From Armatimonadota bacterium (GTDB lineage: Bacteria > Armatimonadota > HRBIN16), in assembly GCA_963677485.1 (NCBI GenBank), contig OY781964.1:5088001-5152000 (forward strand): a DNA stretch of 64,000 bases, written 5' to 3'. Under the pieces are notes generated by a model, which saw nothing but the letters and a program-made list of their open reading frames with translations, had not been told where the DNA came from and searched no databases. The number at the start of each line of letters is the position of its first letter. Within the stretch, counting starts at the first letter, position 1. The translations under genes and the position numbers were made by a program. Shown in pieces: positions 26,595-36,366 of the stretch.

Positions 26595-27317
26595 CTATCT
26601 CCTCCCGCCCGTCTCCTGCCCATAATATGCCCCTGCCCCATGTTTCCGGTAATAGTGCTTATCGAGTAGCATCTGCGGTACCGGCTCGCATTCCGTGCTC
26701 GCTAATCTGGCGATTTGTGTATTGATCGCCATGGCACAAACCTCTTCCAGCGTCACGGCGCTGTCAACACATTTCTTCACAGTTTCTCCCCAGGTGAATG
26801 GTCCGTGCTGGCTAACGAGTACTGCGGGTACAGCCAGTGGATCTATGCTGCGGTTTTGGAACGTCTCGACAATCACAATCCCGGTGTTTTTCTCATATTC
26901 GTTCTCAATCTCAACCTGCTGTAGTGGACGGGCACAGGGAACTGAGCCATAATACGTATCGGCATGTGTGGTGCCAAGGCAAGGAACATCATGTCCACTC
27001 TGCGCCCAGGCGGTCGCATATCGGCTGTGAGTATGTGCGATACTACCCACACCACTAAAAGCATGATAGAGAACGAGATGGGTCGGCATATCGGACGATG
27101 GTTTCAGTTTCCCCTCAACCACTACCCCATCCATGTCGACGATCACCATATCGGCTGGCCTCATACTGTCGTAATCCATCCCGCTGGGCTTGATAGCAAA
27201 TATCCCCTGCTCTCGATCTATGCCACTGACATTTCCCCATGTCAATATCACCAGACCATGTTTGACCAGATTTATATTCGCTTCGTATACACTCTCTTGT
27301 AGTTGTTTGATCTGCAC
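26595..27317 (-). CDS. araD: L-ribulose-5-phosphate 4-epimerase
   Basis: LTWGNVS, IKPSG, KPSSDMPTH, HTHS, GTTHAD, HGPFTWG, HYYRKHG..AYYGQ. Confidence 0.96.
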   Translation of the reverse strand: MQIKQLQESVYEANINLVKHGLVILTWGNVSGIDREQGIFAIKPSGMDYDSMRPADMVIVDMDGVVVEGKLKPSSDMPTHLVLYHAFSGVGSIAHTHSRYATAWAQSGHDVPCLGTTHADTYYGSVPCARPLQQVEIENEYEKNTGIVIVETFQNRSIDPLAVPAVLVSQHGPFTWGETVKKCVDSAVTLEEVCAMAINTQIARLASTECEPVPQMLLDKHYYRKHGAGAYYGQETGGRR

Positions 27318-27417
27318 GACTGTCTCCTATTCGTATATTGTGCGCTAGAAATGCTTGGTAACTAGTATAATATAATGAAAAGCAAGGACACTTCACGGAC
27401 TATAAGGATGGATACAC

Positions 27418-28350
27418 ATGAACCGACTATCCCAGCTATTTTTATTTTTAGTCATCGCCTCTGCACTGACGGGATGCAAACCGCCGAGTTCACCATCTAG
27501 CAGCTCTAGCCACAAAATCCTGGTTACAGCCTCATTTTACCCCGTTGCTGACATTGTCAGGCAAGTCGGCGGTGATAAGGTTGAAGTATCCACGCTTCTA
27601 CCGCAAGGGGCTGACATACACCATTTTAGCCCAACAATGGCACAGATCAAACAGCTGAACAAGTCCCATTTAGTGGTCAGAATGATGACTGGAGTGGATC
27701 CATTTGTTGACACCATCATGAAATCCGTGGACAACAAGAACGTAAAACTAGCCTCCATCGGCGATGGCTGCAGACAGTTATATTATCACAACGGAGCCGA
27801 CGTCAAGAATAACTCTTCTAGTCGCCCCATCGACACAACTCTCGACCCTCACATGTGGTTATCACTATCGAACCTTGAAGCTATGGTTATCAGCACCAGC
27901 CGCGCACTCAGGATACAAAGTCCTGAAGATAGTAAATACTTTGAAAATAGATGCTATCTGTTGATGGCGAAGCTTCGAAACATGGGCAAGCAAGCACAAC
28001 TCGACCGTGCCAAGTGGAAACACCCAAACTACATCGCCGTTCATTCGGCATTCAGGTATCTCAATGACGAGCTCGGGCTCCATCAAGTCGGTGTCTTCGA
28101 GCCGAAACCTGGTTTGCAATCTTCCGCTCGCGATCTGCGGAACCTCATTGACAAGGCGAAGAATACCACCGTAAAGTGCGTATTTATCGCTTCAGAAGAA
28201 CAGAACAAACTGGCGTCAACGGTGGCGGAGGACTTGGGGCTTCCGGTGTACACGCTGGATGTCTGCACCCAGCCAATGTCAGATAATGACCCAGGCATCG
28301 TTGCCCGTATGCAAGCAAATCTTGACGTCATTCGCAAGGCCATGGAATGA
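27418..28350 (+). CDS. Zn/Mn ABC transporter substrate-binding lipoprotein (ZnuA/TroA family)
   Basis: Lipobox LTGC. DIHHF, DPHMWLS, HSAFRY. Confidence 0.9.
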   Translation: MNRLSQLFLFLVIASALTGCKPPSSPSSSSSHKILVTASFYPVADIVRQVGGDKVEVSTLLPQGADIHHFSPTMAQIKQLNKSHLVVRMMTGVDPFVDTIMKSVDNKNVKLASIGDGCRQLYYHNGADVKNNSSSRPIDTTLDPHMWLSLSNLEAMVISTSRALRIQSPEDSKYFENRCYLLMAKLRNMGKQAQLDRAKWKHPNYIAVHSAFRYLNDELGLHQVGVFEPKPGLQSSARDLRNLIDKAKNTTVKCVFIASEEQNKLASTVAEDLGLPVYTLDVCTQPMSDNDPGIVARMQANLDVIRKAME

Positions 28351-29075
28351 ACGAACCAGCTATATCGTTAAGTGGTGTGTCTGTGCAGCTTCAGGATCAC
28401 TTGATAGTATCTGATGTCAATTTTGAAACTCAAGAAGGCCAGGCAATCGCCATCATCGGTCCAAATGGTGCAGGCAAGACCACACTAGTCAAAGCCATGC
28501 TGGGTCTCATTCCATCGCAAGGCAGCATCATCATTAACGGTGATGTGGTCAAGATGGGTTCTCCGCCATCCAGCGTGGCTTATGTGCCCCAAAAACTAGA
28601 GTTCGACCGCAGCGTACCGCTTGCGGTGAAGGAGTTGTTCCAGGCTTTTGTACCTCGGCATACGGCTGATGAGATGCGGGAAGCCCTCGAGCGTCTCGGC
28701 GTGGGATCGCTGCATCGTTCTATGGTGTCTCGCCTGTCGGGCGGGCAACTTCAGAGAGTAGTCATCGCGATGAACCTCATGCTAAAGCCCAAGGTGCTGT
28801 TCCTTGATGAGCCAAGCACAGGCATTGATGCGGAAGGCGAGACCCATCTGTATAAACTGCTGCGCGAGCTTTGCAGCCAGCATAAAACCAGTGTAGTGAT
28901 GGTGTCACATGACCTTAGTGTGGTGAGCAAATACATGGACCATGTGGTCTGCATCAACAAGAAGATGCTGTGCTGTGCCCATCCCGAGCATGCCCTGTCA
29001 GACACGAACCTTCAAGAGCTGTTTGGCCACGATTCCGTTCGGTACCATCACGCGCAACACGAAGATCACATATGA
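28347..29075 (+). CDS. Zn/Mn ABC transporter ATPase (ZnuC-like)
   Basis: GPNGAGKTT, YVPQ, LSGGQLQR, FLDEP, VSHD, His-rich tail. Confidence 0.93.
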   Translation: MNEPAISLSGVSVQLQDHLIVSDVNFETQEGQAIAIIGPNGAGKTTLVKAMLGLIPSQGSIIINGDVVKMGSPPSSVAYVPQKLEFDRSVPLAVKELFQAFVPRHTADEMREALERLGVGSLHRSMVSRLSGGQLQRVVIAMNLMLKPKVLFLDEPSTGIDAEGETHLYKLLRELCSQHKTSVVMVSHDLSVVSKYMDHVVCINKKMLCCAHPEHALSDTNLQELFGHDSVRYHHAQHEDHI

Positions 29076-29881
29076 TAGAAGCATATATCAAAGAAGCCTT
29101 TAGTTACGTGTTTTTCGTAAGGGCCCTTATCGCGGCGATGATATTGGGTGCTTGCTTGCCGTTGCTGGGCGTCTTCATCGTATCACGCCGGTTGTCATTC
29201 TATTCTGAGGCGGTCGCACACTCTGCATATACCGGTCTCGCAGTGGCTGCACTGTTGGCTACCCCTATACTTCCCACGGTCGTTGCGGTAGCCATTATTA
29301 CGGCACTAAGCATCTCTGTCACGTTGAAGCATACCGAGCTGCCGTCGGACACCGTCATCGGCGTATTTCTGGCCATATCAGCCGCGCTGGGTATCATGAT
29401 TCTGGGATGGAAGCAAGGGTATAATCCCTCACTTTTTCAGTACCTATTCGGTGATATCCTGGCCATAAACAGGCATGATGTGCTGACTATTGCCGCCCTG
29501 GGAGCCATCATCATCGTGACGATGATGATTCTGTGGAAACCGCTAGTGAGAATCACCATTCATCGTGAGATGGCCTTGGTCTCAGGTACAAAAGTCGATT
29601 TCGTGGACTCCCTGTTTCTGGTGCTTGTGGCGGTGGTTGTGACGCTAAGTCTGAAGCTGATTGGTATCGTGCTGGTGACTGCCATGTTTTTATTGCCTAC
29701 AGCGGCTGCCCGAAACATGTCCAAAAGCCTGCACACCATGGCCATACTGGCTGTCGGCATCGGGCTATTTAGCGGAATTACGGGAATGTTCATCAGCTTT
29801 TTCGCAGAGACCGCGAGCGGCTCATGCATAGTCATGACCAGTGCAGCCGTATTCATCGCGTCGTTGTTCTGCCGTCGGTAG
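29072..29881 (+). CDS. Zn/Mn ABC transporter permease (ZnuB-like)
   Basis: AVAHSAYTG, YLFGDIL. ATGA overlap with the ATPase stop. Confidence 0.92.
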   Translation: MIEAYIKEAFSYVFFVRALIAAMILGACLPLLGVFIVSRRLSFYSEAVAHSAYTGLAVAALLATPILPTVVAVAIITALSISVTLKHTELPSDTVIGVFLAISAALGIMILGWKQGYNPSLFQYLFGDILAINRHDVLTIAALGAIIIVTMMILWKPLVRITIHREMALVSGTKVDFVDSLFLVLVAVVVTLSLKLIGIVLVTAMFLLPTAAARNMSKSLHTMAILAVGIGLFSGITGMFISFFAETASGSCIVMTSAAVFIASLFCRR

Positions 29882-29926
29882 ATAGACCGCCACAGATTGT
29901 TAAATCATAGGATTTCGCAGGGCACC

Positions 29927-29955
29927 TTGACGGAAACATGATGCTCGGTTATAAT
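29927..29955 (+). promoter_or_regulatory. sigma70 promoter of tRNA-Leu
   Basis: TTGACG-N17-TATAAT immediately upstream of the tRNA. Confidence 0.85.
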
Positions 29956-29966
29956 ATTTGAGTTAG

Positions 29967-30051
29967 GCCGAAGTGGCGGAATCGGTAGACGCGCGCGACT
30001 CAAAATCGTGTGCCTTCGGGCTTGAGGGTTCGAGTCCCTCCTTCGGCACCA
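29967..30051 (+). tRNA. tRNA-Leu(CAA)
   Basis: GCCGAAGTGGCGGAATCGGTAGACGCG-CGCGA-CTCAAAA-TCGTG, long variable arm, GGTTCGAGTCCC, CCA end. Confidence 0.97.
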
Positions 30052-30144
30052 CCCCCCACACCATACTCATTTTGCTGCGGTTTTGTTCGCCATAAATCGG
30101 GTATATTCAGTAATGTAGATCACTATTCTATGAGGTCATCATAT

Positions 30145-30558
30145 ATGGAGCGAACTTTCGTCATGGTCAAGCCTGATGGGATCCAAAAAGGTCTCGTCGG
30201 TGAATGTATCAAGAGGTTTGAGCAGCGAGGTTTAAAACTCGCAGGTTTAAAGATGTTGAAAGTCAGTCCTGAACTGGCCGCCAAGCATTATGCAGTTCAT
30301 GAAGGCAAAGATTTCTATGATGGCTTGATCAAGTTTATCCTCTCTGGCCCTGTGGTGGCCATGGTGCTTGAGGGGAATAACGTGATCCCACTAGTCAGGG
30401 CTATGATGGGTCCGTTGAACCCACTTAGTGCCGCAAGCGGTACCATTCGTGGCGACTACACCTGCGATACGCGCACAAATATCGTCCATGGATCTGACTC
30501 TCCAGAAGCTGCGGCTTTCGAAATCGCATTATGGTTTCAGCCCGGCGAGTTACTATAA
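30145..30558 (+). CDS. ndk: Nucleoside diphosphate kinase
   Basis: MERTFVMVKPDG, GTIRGDY, NIVHGSDS. Confidence 0.97.
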   Translation: MERTFVMVKPDGIQKGLVGECIKRFEQRGLKLAGLKMLKVSPELAAKHYAVHEGKDFYDGLIKFILSGPVVAMVLEGNNVIPLVRAMMGPLNPLSAASGTIRGDYTCDTRTNIVHGSDSPEAAAFEIALWFQPGELL

Positions 30559-30576
30559 ATGAAGCCACACGCTTAC

Positions 30577-30606
30577 TTGATTTATATCCTATCGGGATGC
30601 TATACT
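30577..30606 (+). promoter_or_regulatory. Putative glnA promoter
   Basis: TTGATT-N18-TATACT with an extended -10 TG. Confidence 0.6.
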
Positions 30607-30790
30607 AATCTTGATGGATATTTGGAGGCGCAGCCGCTTCCTATACAAACAGAAGAGAGGGACGTTCCTTTCATGGCTTAATCGGCCAGGAAACGGGCGT
30701 CTTTTCAATTTTCTTGGGTCGGCCCCTCTTCGCTTCACGGTGGAAGTAGCATGGCAGCCCACGAATGATGGAAACCAAAATAAGGAGACT

Positions 30791-32221
30791 ATGCGCATGA
30801 CTCCCACAAACGCCAAAGAGGCGATTGAATTTGCTCACCAGAACGAAGCTGTAATGGCTGACCTTCGATTTACTGACCTTTTCGGAACCTGGCAGCACTT
30901 TAGCTTCCCTGCTAAAGCTCTTGATGAGAGCCTTTTTGAGAATGGTGCCGGTTTTGATGGCAGCTCCATCCGAGGCTTCCAAGCTATCAACGAATCTGAC
31001 ATGCTTCTCATGCCAGATCCCACCACAGTGTTCATGGACCCCTTCTTCGAGCACCCAACCGCAGTGTTCATCTGCGATGTGCAAGACCCTCTCACCCGCG
31101 AATCCTACAGCCGCGACCCACGAAATGTCGCCAAGAAGGCTGAAGCATACCTCAAGTCCACAGGTTTAGCTGACACAGCTTACTTCGGACCAGAGGCGGA
31201 GTTCTTCATCTTCAACAACATCCAGTATGGTCAGGAAACCAACAGTGGTTTCTATAAGATCGACAGCGATGAAGGCGTATGGAACACCGGCCGTGATGAG
31301 TCACCGAACCTCGGCTACAAAGTGCGAACCAAGGGCGGGTATTTCCCCTGTCCCCCAACTGATAGCCTGCAAGACCTCCGCACAGAGATGGTTCTTCGCC
31401 TGACAGAACTCGGGATCACCACCGAGATGTCACACCACGAAGTCGCCAGTGGTGGTCAGTGCGAAATTGGTATGAAGTTTGACACCCTTCTATGCATGGC
31501 TGATATGCTGCAGAAGTTCAAATACACAGTGAAAAACACCGCTGTGCTGAATGGCTATACCGCCACTTTCATGCCTAAGCCACTCTTCGGAGACAACGGC
31601 TCAGGTATGCATTGCCACTGCTCATTCTGGAAAGACGGCACGAACACCTTCTACGATGAGAGAGGCTACGCCGGACTTTCTGAGAACGCCATCTATTTCA
31701 TCGGTGGTCTCCTGAAGCACGCAGCCAGTCTTCTGGCCTTCGGCGCACCCAGCACCAACTCCTACCGCCGTCTGGTTCCCGGTTACGAGGCCCCGATCAA
31801 CTTGATCTACAGCCAGCGAAACCGATCGGCCTGTATGCGCATCCCAATGTATAACACCTCGCCTAAGGCGAAGCGTGTGGAATTCCGCGCACCAGACCCC
31901 ACGGCCAACGGCTACCTGCTCTTCTCCGCCATTATGATGGCCGGCCTTGATGGAATTCAGAACAAGATCACTCCACCAGAGCCGATCGACAAAGACCTCT
32001 ACGAACTCCCTGCAGCAGAGCGCAAGGGCATTCAGCAGACTCCAGGCAGCTTGCTGGAAAGCATCAACGCACTGAAGGTAGATCACGAGTACCTGCTTAA
32101 GGGCGGCGTATTCACAGAAGACCTGCTTGATACCTACATTGAGTTCAAGCAGAAGAACGACATCGACGGTGTGGCACTTCGCCCGCATCCTTACGAGTTC
32201 GCTCTTTACTACGACGCCTAA
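30791..32221 (+). CDS. glnA: Glutamine synthetase type I
   Basis: [55 protein letters not shown] adenylylation-type site. AAGGAG RBS before the ATG at 30791. Confidence 0.98.
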   Translation: MRMTPTNAKEAIEFAHQNEAVMADLRFTDLFGTWQHFSFPAKALDESLFENGAGFDGSSIRGFQAINESDMLLMPDPTTVFMDPFFEHPTAVFICDVQDPLTRESYSRDPRNVAKKAEAYLKSTGLADTAYFGPEAEFFIFNNIQYGQETNSGFYKIDSDEGVWNTGRDESPNLGYKVRTKGGYFPCPPTDSLQDLRTEMVLRLTELGITTEMSHHEVASGGQCEIGMKFDTLLCMADMLQKFKYTVKNTAVLNGYTATFMPKPLFGDNGSGMHCHCSFWKDGTNTFYDERGYAGLSENAIYFIGGLLKHAASLLAFGAPSTNSYRRLVPGYEAPINLIYSQRNRSACMRIPMYNTSPKAKRVEFRAPDPTANGYLLFSAIMMAGLDGIQNKITPPEPIDKDLYELPAAERKGIQQTPGSLLESINALKVDHEYLLKGGVFTEDLLDTYIEFKQKNDIDGVALRPHPYEFALYYDA

Positions 32222-32246
32222 ACAGCGCTGTATCCGAAATCACGAT

Positions 32247-32277
32247 AAAAACTCCCCCGCAAGGGGGAGTTTTTTTT
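32247..32277 (+). terminator. Intrinsic terminator of glnA
   Basis: AAAAACTCCCCC-GCAA-GGGGGAGTTTTTTTT. Confidence 0.92.
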
Positions 32278-32393
32278 GCACACCCAACCTCGCGGATACT
32301 ACGAACCCCAACCTCTTCACGAAATGAAGGGATCAGCACCCCATATGTGGAACATAATATCTAACACAGAAACCAGACATATTGGAGGATACC

Positions 32394-34331
32394 ATGAAAC
32401 CCATCGACTATCTGGCGTCATCACATATCACAGTGGTCCAAAAAGGGGCATACTGGAACATCGACAGTCCTAGAACCCACGTCAAACTGAACTCCGATAC
32501 ATTAGCGATCACCCTTAGCACGCGAAATGCGACCTGGGAGATACCGCAGTCATCTGAGAATGATCTTCTGCTGCGCAATGCACAGAAGGCCGATGTGAAA
32601 TTCGCTTTAAAGTCGGCGAAATCAAAACAGATCACCCCTTATCAGACCGGATGTATCAATGGCGTAAAGATCAGTTTGTCTGGTTTCGGTGACAACGACC
32701 TATCACTGAACCTGTTCTTAACTGTCGAATGGCCAACTGAAGATATCATCTTCAAAACCACCTGCACCGAAGGCACTTCGACACTACGCGAACTACGCTG
32801 GCCGATGGGTCTCACTGCCGGATCGGCCGATGCGGCCATTGTGCCACTAATGCAGGGATCCAGAATCCCCAAGGATTGGCCGACGAAGGTTTGGGCGTTT
32901 GACACACTGGCCCATAGCCGAGCGTTATATATGCCATGGTGGGGTTTTGAGTCTGGCAAGTCAGGCATGATGCAGATACTGGAAACACCCAATGATGCCG
33001 GTTTTGAGTTTTCGCATCCGGCAGGTGGTCCTACGTTTATATGCCATAAATGGCTGCCTCAGCTTGGCAAATTCGGATATCCCCGGAGCATGCGCGTCAA
33101 ACTATTCGACACAGGCAACTATGTGCAGATGGCCAAGGCCTATCGCCAGCATGTCATCGACCGTGGCAACTTCGTATCCCTGAAGCAAAAGATCGCTCGC
33201 ACGCCATCACTGCAGCACATCATTGGAGCCCCAGTCATCCACACAGGTTCAGCCGTTCACCTGGAACCAGGCTCAAACTCATATAACAAAGAGAATGATG
33301 CCGCCAACCATTCCATCATGCCATTTGAAGACACGGGTAAAGCCTTCGAGAAGCTCCATAAAAAGGGTGTCAAGCGTGCTTACGTGCATCTTGATGGGTG
33401 GGGTTTCCGCGGTTACGACAACCAGCATCCAGACATAGTTCCTCCCAGCCCCGAATGCGGCGGATGGCAAGGCTTGAGGCAGCTTAGCCTGACCTGTGAA
33501 AAGCTCAACTACCTGTTCGCCATCCATGATCAGTACCGAGACTACTATGAGTTGGCTTCGAGTTATAACCCAAAACACGTGGTATTAAACGAAGACGGCA
33601 GTTACTACGATGAAGGCTTTTGGTGCGGCGGTAAACAGGCATTCCTATGCCCAAGCCTGGCACCAGCTTATGTGATGCGTAACCATCAGGCACTGCTCAC
33701 AAACGGAGTGAAAGTCAAAGGTGCCTATATGGATGTTTACAGCGTGCTGCCTCCAGACGAATGCTTCTCTCCTGAGCATCCTGTCACACGCACAGAATGT
33801 CTTGATTACCGGGCGCAGTGTTTCAACTACGTGCAAAGCCGACTGGGAGTCATCAGCAGCGAAGAGCCTTCAGACTGGTCAATCCCCTACCTGCACCTTG
33901 TCCATCATGGTCCATACTCGCTTGACCCTTATTTCTATGATGGCATCGCGATGGGTATCACTATCCCACTGTTCAACCTGGTCTACCATGACGCGCTCAT
34001 CACCCCGTGGTTCCCATATACCCACAAAGGCGGCGGGTTTGGTATCCCCAACACGGATCAAGGCATGTCCCATGCGGTGTTGAATGCGGCGATGCCCTAC
34101 ATCGACCTGAATGCATCGGCGGAAGAGATCACACGAGTGAAGATGCTGTGCGCGCTGCAGACACGGCTTGTTCATGCGGAGATGACTGAACACATCCTGC
34201 TTGACGCCAAGGGCAGATCACAGCGCAGCACATGGTCAGATGGCACTGTCATCACCGTTGACCTTGACAGCGGGAAATACGATGTAAAACCTGCCGTCAC
34301 CGCCAGCGAACTTAGTAAAGCGATGGACTAA
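32394..34331 (+). CDS. GH129-like glycoside hydrolase (alpha-N-acetylgalactosaminidase family), copy 1
   Basis: YMPWWG, YVHLDGWG..GYDNQHPD, HDQYRDYY, AYMDV, SSEE, PLFNLVYHD. GGAGG RBS before the ATG at 32394. Confidence 0.75.
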   Translation: MKPIDYLASSHITVVQKGAYWNIDSPRTHVKLNSDTLAITLSTRNATWEIPQSSENDLLLRNAQKADVKFALKSAKSKQITPYQTGCINGVKISLSGFGDNDLSLNLFLTVEWPTEDIIFKTTCTEGTSTLRELRWPMGLTAGSADAAIVPLMQGSRIPKDWPTKVWAFDTLAHSRALYMPWWGFESGKSGMMQILETPNDAGFEFSHPAGGPTFICHKWLPQLGKFGYPRSMRVKLFDTGNYVQMAKAYRQHVIDRGNFVSLKQKIARTPSLQHIIGAPVIHTGSAVHLEPGSNSYNKENDAANHSIMPFEDTGKAFEKLHKKGVKRAYVHLDGWGFRGYDNQHPDIVPPSPECGGWQGLRQLSLTCEKLNYLFAIHDQYRDYYELASSYNPKHVVLNEDGSYYDEGFWCGGKQAFLCPSLAPAYVMRNHQALLTNGVKVKGAYMDVYSVLPPDECFSPEHPVTRTECLDYRAQCFNYVQSRLGVISSEEPSDWSIPYLHLVHHGPYSLDPYFYDGIAMGITIPLFNLVYHDALITPWFPYTHKGGGFGIPNTDQGMSHAVLNAAMPYIDLNASAEEITRVKMLCALQTRLVHAEMTEHILLDAKGRSQRSTWSDGTVITVDLDSGKYDVKPAVTASELSKAMD

Positions 34332-34345
34332 CCATAATCGAACCC

Positions 34346-34380
34346 AAGGGCACATGCTATTTACTGGCATGTGCCCTTTA
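34346..34380 (+). terminator. Hairpin between the duplicated GH genes
   Basis: AAGGGCACATGC-N9-GCATGTGCCCTT with a short T tract. Confidence 0.65.
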
Positions 34381-34411
34381 GCATCTGCATTCCGGTCACT
34401 GGAGAGATATT

Positions 34412-36346
34412 ATGAAACCTGTTGATTACCTGGCATCATCACACATTACTGTTGCGCAGCGTGGCACAAGCTGGATGATTGACAGCCCGCATAGCCATGT
34501 CCAGATCGACAGCAAGACCCTTGCATTAACACTTCGCACCAGGAACTCATCATGGGAAATGCTGCCGTCTTCAAGCAATGACCTCATCCTTCGCACTGCA
34601 CAGAAGCTCATCACAAGCTATTCACTGACTTCCGCCAAATCACAACAGATCGAGCCCTATCAAACGGGCTGCATCGACGGTGTCAAGATCATGCTCTCAG
34701 GGTTTGATGACAATGACCTCACCATCAGCCTGTTTGTGACCATAGAGTGGCCGTCAGAGGATGTGATCTTCAAAGTAACCTGCGTGGAAGGCCGTTCCAC
34801 GATGCGGGAGCTGCGATGGCCTGCTGGCCTTGTGGCAGGCACCGCCGATGCGGCTATCGTGCCGATGATGCAAGGAGCCAAAATCCCGAAGGACTGGCCG
34901 AAGAAGGTCTGGGTTTTTGATGTCATGCCACACAGCCGCGCCTTGTATATGCCCTGGTGGGGATTCGAAAAAGGGCAGTCGGCCATGCAGCAGATACTGG
35001 AAACACCAGATGATGCCGGATTTGAGTTCAACCATCCAGCCGGTGGTCCCACTTCTATCCAGCACAAGTGGATACCACAACTTGGTCGGTTTGGGTATCC
35101 CCGCACGATGCGCGTCAAGCTGTTCGATAAGGGTAACTATGTTCAAATGGCGAAAGCGTATCGCCAGCACGTGATCGACCGAGGGCATTTCGTATCCTTG
35201 AAGCAAAAGGTGGCACGCTCTCCACTTCTGCAAAAGCTGATCGGCGCACCTGTGATTCATACCTGGGCCTCAATCAACATCGAGCCAGAGTCGCAATACT
35301 TCAACAAACAGGACGATTCTGCGAATCACTCCACCGTGCCTTTCACCAAAACGGCAGACCGGCTGGAGAAGCTGCACAAAGCGGGCGTGAAGCGAGCCTA
35401 CCTGCATCTGGACGGATGGGGTTACCGTGGTTATGATAACCAGCACCCCGACATCCTGCCACCCAGTCCCGCGTGCGGTGGCTGGCCAGGAATGCGCCAA
35501 CTTTCTTACGTCTGTGAGCGGCTGAACTATGTGTTCGCTGTTCACGACAACTACCGTGACTATTATATGCAGGCAGCCAGTTATGACACTCAGCATGTGG
35601 TCAAAAATGAAGACGGCTCGTTCACCCAGTCTGGGGTATGGTATGGCGGCAAGCAGTCGTATCTCTGTCCCAGCCTGGAGCCTTCCTATGTCATGCGAAA
35701 CTACCTCGGGCTGCTGTCGAACGGCATCAAGTTGAAAGGCGCCTATCTGGACACCATCAGTGTAGTCACCCCAGACGAATGCTTCTCACCGGATCACCCA
35801 GTCACCCGAACCGAGTGTCTGAAATATCGAGGCGACTGTCTTGATATCGTAAGCAGCCGTCTGGGTGTGGTCAGCAGCGAGGAGCCATCTGACTGGTCTA
35901 TCCCCTATCTTGACCTCGTTCACCATGGCCCCTACTCTCTCGATCCGATATTTGACAACGGAATTGGCCAGGGGATACCACTCCCGCTGTTCAACCTTGT
36001 CTACCATGACGCGTTGTTGATCCCCTGGTTTGCCAACACATCACTTGGCGGATGGGGTATACCTAATACGGACCGTGGTTTATCACATGCGGTACTCAAC
36101 GCAGGTATGCCATACATCGAGATAGAGCCACGACCCGAGGATATCACACGGGTGCGTATGCTGTGTGCGCTGCAAACCCGATTGGCCCATGCCCAAATGA
36201 CGAACCATGAGATACTAGACGACTCAACGCGCAAGCAGCGCAGCACATGGTCTGACGGCACGGTCATCACCGTGGATTTCGACTCAGGCGAATACCAGAT
36301 CAAACCAGCGTTGACTACCAAAGAGCTCTCTATGGCCATGGCATAG
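34412..36346 (+). CDS. GH129-like glycoside hydrolase, copy 2
   Basis: Colinear paralogue of copy 1 (LHLDGWGYRGYDNQHPD, AYLDT, SSEE). Confidence 0.75.
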   Translation: MKPVDYLASSHITVAQRGTSWMIDSPHSHVQIDSKTLALTLRTRNSSWEMLPSSSNDLILRTAQKLITSYSLTSAKSQQIEPYQTGCIDGVKIMLSGFDDNDLTISLFVTIEWPSEDVIFKVTCVEGRSTMRELRWPAGLVAGTADAAIVPMMQGAKIPKDWPKKVWVFDVMPHSRALYMPWWGFEKGQSAMQQILETPDDAGFEFNHPAGGPTSIQHKWIPQLGRFGYPRTMRVKLFDKGNYVQMAKAYRQHVIDRGHFVSLKQKVARSPLLQKLIGAPVIHTWASINIEPESQYFNKQDDSANHSTVPFTKTADRLEKLHKAGVKRAYLHLDGWGYRGYDNQHPDILPPSPACGGWPGMRQLSYVCERLNYVFAVHDNYRDYYMQAASYDTQHVVKNEDGSFTQSGVWYGGKQSYLCPSLEPSYVMRNYLGLLSNGIKLKGAYLDTISVVTPDECFSPDHPVTRTECLKYRGDCLDIVSSRLGVVSSEEPSDWSIPYLDLVHHGPYSLDPIFDNGIGQGIPLPLFNLVYHDALLIPWFANTSLGGWGIPNTDRGLSHAVLNAGMPYIEIEPRPEDITRVRMLCALQTRLAHAQMTNHEILDDSTRKQRSTWSDGTVITVDFDSGEYQIKPALTTKELSMAMA

Positions 36347-36366
36347 TCGACAGAAGGAGCCACTAT

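Noticed and set aside
27360-27400. Zur/Fur box upstream of the Zn/Mn ABC operon
   Set aside because: Only a half-site-like ATAATGAAAA, with no convincing palindrome.
18919-30051. Genomic island bounded by the two tRNAs
   Set aside because: The content is housekeeping (argB, lexA, araD); no integrase or att duplication seen.
30010-30144. N-terminal extension of the ndk ORF
   Set aside because: It overlaps tRNA-Leu; the family start is MERT at 30145.
30611-30790. 60-aa N-terminal extension of GlnA
   Set aside because: A strong AAGGAG RBS precedes 30791; the region is better explained as a structured leader.
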